Shown: positions 58,960 through 64,000 of the stretch, piece by piece
Numbering within the stretch: the first letter of the stretch is position 1
Layout: each line of letters opens with the position of its first letter
Source of the DNA: a virus
Lineage: Duplodnaviria > Caudoviricetes
IMG/VR virus record: IMGVR_UViG_3300028586_000002
Span: 1,345-65,344 of that record
Strand: one strand, 5' to 3'
Length of the DNA: 64,000 bases
Notes under the pieces: model-generated
Told to the model about the DNA's origin: nothing
What the model saw: the letters and a program-made list of their open reading frames with translations, nothing else
Databases searched by the model: none
Translations under genes and position numbers: made by a program

Positions 58960-61518
58960 TCAGAGTTCGTCGTCATCGTCGATTTTCTGCGTTCGATCTT
59001 CGACGTATTTGCGAACTTTCACGGTGTCGACGTGAATTCCGCCATCCTGGTCGCGAAACTGGAACATTTCAGGCTCTCGCGTGTAGTAGGTGCGCAGTTC
59101 ACCTTTAACGCGGATCTTACCCATGCTCTCGAAGTGATACCTGGACATCATTGCACCGATGGCCTTGTTCCCCGGAAGATCCATGCCGTGATCCATCATG
59201 ACTTCGATCATTTTCGATGAGTCGATCAGATCGTTCGAGATCAGCGGATGCTCACCCTCGTCGATCAGGTCGTTCAGGTTTTGGATGAACTCGGGCTGCG
59301 CCTGGCGGATCATGTAGGTTTTCGCAGCCGTGGCCGGCGCATTGCCTTTCGGCTTGAACGTGTCCAACTGCTCCCACTCCAGCAACCACTTCCGCAGTGC
59401 CGGCGCCGACGTGGCGACTGTCGAATACAGGCGTTCGTAGTATTCAGGATCTTCAGCGAGGAACGCGTCGAGTTTATCCTTTCGCTGCCACCGGCTGAAC
59501 AGCACGCAATACCGGCGACCGTCGTCATCGAGCGGCAAGGCGTCGCGGAAGTTCGAGAACATCAGGTATGAAGTGGTGTTTTTTGCCTGGTATGGCGGCT
59601 TACCCTTCGGATGCACCTCGATCTCGTCGTTCGTGATGAACGGCTTGATCCGGTTCAGCAACTCGTACTTGTTCGTCGCTTTGATGAGCCGCACTTCTTC
59701 GATGCAGGTGATGCACTGGCCGACAACCCAATCGGTGAAGGGTGACTCCAGAATGTGAGCGTTCAGCATTTGAACGTTCGACACGCCCATGACCGAGCGC
59801 ATCAGCATTGCGAAGAAAGACTTGCCGTCGCCTTCCACGCCTTGCAACAGGATCGACCAGTTCGCGTGCTGGCCTGGATTCTGGACGACCCATGACAACC
59901 AGTCCACCAGCAGCCGGCGCTCGACCGGATCTTCGAGCAGGTGGGCGACGTGTTTTTTCACGCGCTTGATCGCAACCTTGTCGCGGGGCAGCAGTTCATC
60001 CGGCAGTTCCGGGATCTCGTGCTCGGGGTAGGTGTTGGCGAAAATGCCGTCCTTCCGGTGGAAGATTTTGTCGGCGCCCGGCTCATACCGGCGACCGTTG
60101 ACGGTGATGATCTTGAAAACGTTCAGCGCGAGCGCCGACGCGGTACTGGTCGGGTTCGTTTTGCCGTCCAGCAGATCCTTTTTCGTCATCGCCTTGCGGT
60201 CGAACATCGCATTGAAGCCTTGCTGCGTGGCCGAGAACTTGCGTTCCGTGTCATAGAAGCGGTCATCGGACGTGTCGTACACAAAATCCGATGCCCATCC
60301 AGGCGTTTTTTCACCCTTCGACGGCGTGTATGCGATGGCCTTTTTCACCTCGGACAGCGGTGTTTTGCTGCTGTTGATGATGTCGAGCCGGTCTTTCGCC
60401 AGCGTTGCCATGGCCGAACGAGCCAGGCTGTCGATTTCCGCCTCGCGCGTCGCGTCTCGCGCTTTTTCCCACGCGGCCAGATCCTTCGCGCTGCCGAACA
60501 TATCGCGCAACTTCAGGGTCAGTGCGATGGTCGACTCGGCCGCAGCCTCTTTCGACAATTTCAGGATGAAGCGAGCCGTAAGCGGCGCACGCTTTTTACC
60601 TTCGATGGCGAAGTCGGCCCATCGACGTTCGAGCGCATCGCAGTCGTAGTTTTCGGCGGTCTCGGACCACTCTTTCCACAAGTCCAGGCCGATGTCTTCG
60701 CCGTCGAACTGGTGGTGTAGTGCCATGCCGACTTGGAACCAGATGTCGTAATCGTCCGGGTTCGGGACCATCATCAGGCGATTGCGCAGTTCGTCCTCGC
60801 CGATGTCGATAGGATTGGCGTCTTCGATGAACGGATTGTCCAGGTCGATCTCGCCCACGGCGCCGGTACGCCGGCTTTTCACGATTTTCCAGTCGCTCTC
60901 TTCGGCCGCGCGCGCCTCGAACCAGTCGATGAACGCCTGGCACTGTTCCTGGCTGATGTCGATCAGCTTGTTCGCATTGATGGTGAGCGGGCCACCTTTT
61001 TTTACGGTTTTTTCGTCTTCGATTTTCTCGTCCGGCCAGGTGTACGGCAAGCCGGTGTCCGGGTGCGTGTGATAGGCCACGAACTGCTGGCCGTCGCCGA
61101 GAATTTCGATCTGGTGAAGGTCTCCCCATTCATCTTGATATTTGTTGGACCGCATTTTGCGGAAAGGTGCCTCTGTGCGATACAGCAGCAGGCGTTTCGG
61201 TGCGCGGCCGATCCGCAGTGGTGCCTCGCCGAAAATCTCGCGCGCTTTTGCCTCGGCTTCGAGCGCGATGTCTTCGTTGAGAACGTCGATGTCGACCGCT
61301 GGCGTGTGCCTGGTCAGGATGCCGACGCCGGATTGGCGATGTCCTGACGTGATCCACTCGTCGAGTTGCGGTTTAGTCGATCGCGTCTTGCTCCAGCCGT
61401 CGAAGCCAGGCGCTTTCTTACCAACTGCGATTGGGATGATCGAGTAACCATTGTCGATCAGCCGGCTACCGAGGTAAGCGAGCGGGCCGCTGTTCTTCGG
61501 TGTGTATTCGTCTGTCAT
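58960..61518 (-). CDS. Primase-polymerase/PriCT-2 fused to a DUF5906/SF3-type helicase domain (852 aa)
   Basis: Prim-Pol (AVDIDV, RIGRAPK, QFVAYHTHP), PriCT-2 (YDIWFQVGMALH), Walker A QGVEGDGKS, Walker B CIEEV. Confidence 0.92.
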   Translation of the reverse strand: MTDEYTPKNSGPLAYLGSRLIDNGYSIIPIAVGKKAPGFDGWSKTRSTKPQLDEWITSGHRQSGVGILTRHTPAVDIDVLNEDIALEAEAKAREIFGEAPLRIGRAPKRLLLYRTEAPFRKMRSNKYQDEWGDLHQIEILGDGQQFVAYHTHPDTGLPYTWPDEKIEDEKTVKKGGPLTINANKLIDISQEQCQAFIDWFEARAAEESDWKIVKSRRTGAVGEIDLDNPFIEDANPIDIGEDELRNRLMMVPNPDDYDIWFQVGMALHHQFDGEDIGLDLWKEWSETAENYDCDALERRWADFAIEGKKRAPLTARFILKLSKEAAAESTIALTLKLRDMFGSAKDLAAWEKARDATREAEIDSLARSAMATLAKDRLDIINSSKTPLSEVKKAIAYTPSKGEKTPGWASDFVYDTSDDRFYDTERKFSATQQGFNAMFDRKAMTKKDLLDGKTNPTSTASALALNVFKIITVNGRRYEPGADKIFHRKDGIFANTYPEHEIPELPDELLPRDKVAIKRVKKHVAHLLEDPVERRLLVDWLSWVVQNPGQHANWSILLQGVEGDGKSFFAMLMRSVMGVSNVQMLNAHILESPFTDWVVGQCITCIEEVRLIKATNKYELLNRIKPFITNDEIEVHPKGKPPYQAKNTTSYLMFSNFRDALPLDDDGRRYCVLFSRWQRKDKLDAFLAEDPEYYERLYSTVATSAPALRKWLLEWEQLDTFKPKGNAPATAAKTYMIRQAQPEFIQNLNDLIDEGEHPLISNDLIDSSKMIEVMMDHGMDLPGNKAIGAMMSRYHFESMGKIRVKGELRTYYTREPEMFQFRDQDGGIHVDTVKVRKYVEDRTQKIDDDDEL

Positions 61519-61820
61519 TAGTGAACCAGTTCTTCAATATCGAGAGGGAACATGAGCCATTCGCGACGCACCACTTTTCGACCGCACGCTTGCTCGATCT
61601 TTTTGGCGATGTTGGTGGGCGTGCAGCCGTTGCGAATGGCGGCGTGGATATACACGCGCTCGACGCCGCAGAAATCAGCCAGCGATGCAACGCTGCCGGA
61701 TTCCGTGCATTCGATGGACGTGCGCAAGATCATGTAACGCATGCGGCGCTGCGCCAGTTCTTCGTCAGTCGGCCGGGGTTGGCCGCGAGCGCCTTCAACC
61801 CAGGTAGGGAAAGTAATCAT
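61518..61820 (-). CDS. HTH DNA-binding protein (Cro-like)
   Basis: SVASLADFCGVERVYIHAAIRNG..P..IAKKIEQ; GGAGGA RBS; TAATG coupling to primase. Confidence 0.78.
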   Translation of the reverse strand: MITFPTWVEGARGQPRPTDEELAQRRMRYMILRTSIECTESGSVASLADFCGVERVYIHAAIRNGCTPTNIAKKIEQACGRKVVRREWLMFPLDIEELVH

Positions 61821-61860
61821 TCTGTCTAGTCCTCCGAAATAAGTTAAGAATTCGGAATAA

Positions 61861-61905
61861 ATTATAGTACAAACGCTTGACGACCCGCAATGTATCTGCG
61901 AAGAT
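61861..61905. promoter_or_regulatory. Overlapping divergent promoters: minus TTGCGG-18-TATAAT (61890-61861), plus TTGACG-17-GAAGAT (61877-61905)
   Basis: Hexamer matches between the divergent replication operons. Confidence 0.55.
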
Positions 61906-61942
61906 GTCTTCCATGCACTGATCGACGACAAAGGAAGATGCG

Positions 61943-62128
61943 GTGGCAGCGGAATACGACAACACGAGTTTCGGGATTCGACAGCGACGCGAGGACATTG
62001 CGGCACTGACGGCTATACGTCAGGCGATGATGCGCCGAACGACGTACACGACGGACCCGGAAAAGTTGGACGCTCTGCACCGCCTCATCGCCGCCGCCGA
62101 TCAAGTGCTGTCCACCCTCACAACTTAA
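61943..62128 (+). CDS. Small hypothetical protein (61 aa)
   Basis: AAGGAAG RBS, GTG start, TAATG coupling. Confidence 0.55.
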   Translation: MAAEYDNTSFGIRQRREDIAALTAIRQAMMRRTTYTTDPEKLDALHRLIAAADQVLSTLTT

Positions 62129-62538
62129 TGGAGCAACAAATGATTGAAACCCTGATCCGCGCACTGATCGCATCCCTCGACGCAAACACCGCAGCCCACG
62201 GCGGCACGGTGCCAGCCGACTCGACCGGCGCGGCCGATGCAGCAGCAACCACCGCTGCAACCACCGCAACCACGACCACCAAAGGCGCTGGCAAAACGAC
62301 CGGCAAGACCACCACCAAAGCAACCACGCCGAAAGGTCCGACCCGCGAAGAAGTCGTCGCGCTGCTGACCAAGATCAAGGATGAAAACGGTGCTTCGGAA
62401 GCGAAGCCACTGGTCGCCCTGGCCGGCGTCGTGAAGATGGCCGAGATCCCTGACGAAAAGCTGAAGCTGGTCTTCGACGCTGCGACCGAATACCTGGCGC
62501 CGAAAGCTGACGACGGCGAAGACGACGGCGATCTGTAA
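62128..62538 (+). CDS. Hypothetical replication-module protein with Thr/Ala linker and small helical C-terminal domain (ends DDGDL)
   Basis: Strong codon bias; position before DUF2800 as in Chi-like phages. Confidence 0.8.
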   Translation: MEQQMIETLIRALIASLDANTAAHGGTVPADSTGAADAAATTAATTATTTTKGAGKTTGKTTTKATTPKGPTREEVVALLTKIKDENGASEAKPLVALAGVVKMAEIPDEKLKLVFDAATEYLAPKADDGEDDGDL

Positions 62539-62544
62539 TTTGGC

Positions 62545-63849
62545 ATGACCGAGCACACATTCACGCTCGCAGATATGCGGGCGGCGATGCAGCGGATCGT
62601 GGATGGGGGTCACTCTGTTTTCTCCCCTTCCGGTTCGCCGATGTGGCTCGGTTGCAGTGGTTCGCTAATCCCGAACTTGTTCGCGCAGGATGATTCCGGC
62701 GAGGACGCGGCGTATGGCACGGTCGGTCACATGGTCGGTGAGACATGGCTGAGAGACCGGACCAGGCCGAACCACCTGCTCGGCACACGGCATTTCGTGC
62801 AGGCCGGCGAGTGGGGATACTTCATCACTGTCGACGCGGCGATGATGGAGTACGTGAAGCGGTATGTCGATTGGTGCAGGTTTTTGCCAGGCGATCATCA
62901 CGTCGAGACGCGAGTCGATTTCTCGCAATTGACGCCGATTCCCGGCCAGGGCGGCACCGCCGATCACGCCGCATGTACGTGGCAACGGTTGGTCATCACC
63001 GACTTGAAAATGGGTAAAGGCGTTCGCGTCTTCGCCAAAGAAAATAGCCAGGCGTTGCTGTATGCGCTCGGCTTTTTCTACGAATGGGATTGGCTCTACG
63101 ATTTTCAAGAGATCGTGGTACGGATCGCGCAGCCGAGGCTCGACGTGTTCGAGGAATGGACAGTGGATCGTGCGTATCTGCTGAAGTTCGCCGAATACGT
63201 GAAGGAACGCGCATTTGCGGCATGGGTGCAGAACGCGCCACGCACGCCGAGCGAGAAGGCATGCTTGTGGTGCAAGATCCAGGCGACGTGTGCAGCAAAA
63301 GCGAAGATGACGATTGAACTCGGCGGCGGACTGTTCGAGAACATGGGCAAGGAAGTGAGCAACGCCGATATGGTTGAGTTCAGGGAAGACCTGGCCGTGG
63401 CTGACAATCCAATCATCGCCGACATCGCAACACTGTCGACGCTGGAAATGGAAAAGCTGTACGGCTGGCGCGGGACCGTCGAGAAGTTCTTCAAAAAGGT
63501 GGGCGAGGAATTGGATCGGCGGGCAAGGGACGGCGTGAAGTTGAAGCTGTTCAAAACCGTGGAAGGCCGCTCGCACAGGGTGTTCCGCAACAAGAGTAAG
63601 GCGGTCGAAGCACTGGTCGCCTTGGGCCTGAATCGGGAAGATCTGCTCGCTGAAGAGTTGGTCAGTCCGGCGAAGGCTGAAGAGTTGCTGATGGCGGAAG
63701 GGTACTCTGCGAAGGACGCGAAGGAAGCGCTCAAGCAGATCGTGTTCCAACCTCCAGGCAAGGCAACCCTGGCACCGTTGAAAGACAGCCGGCCAGCACT
63801 GGTCGATGCCTACGACGATGCTTTTAGCGAATTTGTCGAAAAATCGTGA
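62545..63849 (+). CDS. DUF2800 / Cas4-like PD-(D/E)xK exonuclease
   Basis: FSPSG..W..C.GS, GTADH, ITDLKMGKG, QALLYALG, QPR, C.WC....C motifs. Confidence 0.88.
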   Translation: MTEHTFTLADMRAAMQRIVDGGHSVFSPSGSPMWLGCSGSLIPNLFAQDDSGEDAAYGTVGHMVGETWLRDRTRPNHLLGTRHFVQAGEWGYFITVDAAMMEYVKRYVDWCRFLPGDHHVETRVDFSQLTPIPGQGGTADHAACTWQRLVITDLKMGKGVRVFAKENSQALLYALGFFYEWDWLYDFQEIVVRIAQPRLDVFEEWTVDRAYLLKFAEYVKERAFAAWVQNAPRTPSEKACLWCKIQATCAAKAKMTIELGGGLFENMGKEVSNADMVEFREDLAVADNPIIADIATLSTLEMEKLYGWRGTVEKFFKKVGEELDRRARDGVKLKLFKTVEGRSHRVFRNKSKAVEALVALGLNREDLLAEELVSPAKAEELLMAEGYSAKDAKEALKQIVFQPPGKATLAPLKDSRPALVDAYDDAFSEFVEKS

Positions 63850-63883
63850 ATTCATTTATCTGAAAATTTTGAAGGAAATAAAC

Positions 63884-64000
63884 ATGGCTGCATTGACTGT
63901 CAAATCGCGCGGTAAAAATTACGTCATCTACAACGAAGGCGTGATCCGCGTCGACAACGTTCGCTTCTCCTATCCGCACGTCGACAAAGCGTGGAAAAAG
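63884..64000 (+). CDS. DUF2815-type ssDNA-binding protein (3' partial)
   Basis: MAALTVKSRGKNYVIYNEGVIRVDNVRFSYPHVDKAWKK; AAGGA RBS; follows DUF2800. Confidence 0.82.
   Translation, partial: MAALTVKSRGKNYVIYNEGVIRVDNVRFSYPHVDKAWKK

Larger units (their letters stand above)
1..64000. mobile_element. Chi/Nazgul-like (Casjensviridae-type) siphophage genome, circularly permuted and nearly complete; the gap covers the rest of the SSB gene and the polymerase N-terminus
   Basis: Gene order primase-HTH-DUF2800-DUF2815-pol-VRR-NUC-SNF2-terS-terL-W-portal-S49-D-E-tail-lysis matches Chi-like phages; Chi-like cos candidate; no host genes or integrase seen. Confidence 0.9.

Noticed and set aside
3638-62538. 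Reading the DDEL tails as KDEL/HDEL-type ER-retention signals
   Set aside because: All other features indicate a bacterial host; the resemblance is coincidental
62545-63849. Cas4-like nuclease as evidence of a CRISPR adaptation system
   Set aside because: It is the DUF2800 exonuclease routinely found next to the DUF2815 SSB and polymerase in phage replication modules
1-64000. Prophage or temperate lifestyle
   Set aside because: No integrase, ParA/ParB, CI-like repressor with peptidase domain, att-flanked host genes or tRNA seen; a small part of the genome lies outside the window
1-64000. Hypermodified-base pathway (7-deazaguanine, 2-aminoadenine, hydroxymethyl-pyrimidines)
   Set aside because: No queC/D/E, folE, dpdA, purZ or thymidylate-synthase-like genes recognised; only a dUTPase and a conventional methyltransferase

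Overview
The window is a nearly complete, circularly permuted genome of a tailed dsDNA phage with Chi/BcepNazgul-like (Casjensviridae-type) organisation. It shows no integrase, tRNA, rRNA or CRISPR array. Plus strand 1-39.5 kb: family-B-type DNA polymerase (5'-truncated), VRR-NUC nuclease, SNF2 helicase, an inserted DNA methyltransferase, lambda-like packaging and head genes, siphophage tail genes, an unusually expanded tail-tip/receptor-binding region and a lysis cassette. Minus strand 39.6-52.3 kb: accessory genes (H1-like protein, RdgC, dUTPase fusion, many unknowns). Plus strand 52.8-58.1 kb: a promoter-rich cassette of probable host-takeover/anti-defence genes. A Chi-like 12-nt cos candidate lies at 58612-58623, followed by a primase, an HTH protein, a DUF2800-type nuclease and the start of a DUF2815-type SSB. 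The most notable signals are (1) at least 11 non-virion proteins ending in the same acidic-hydrophobic tail ([DE][DE][LI]-stop, mostly DDEL) with varied codons, (2) a 17-bp ACAAG-N7-CTTGT operator-like motif in 9 copies overlapping five sigma70-type promoters and lying next to cos, (3) a split and duplicated tail-tip gene set plus four paralogous tail proteins with independently inserted beta-propellers, and (4) the genome-end early cassette with an ArdA-like DNA mimic. All family assignments come from motifs and synteny read by eye; no database search was run.
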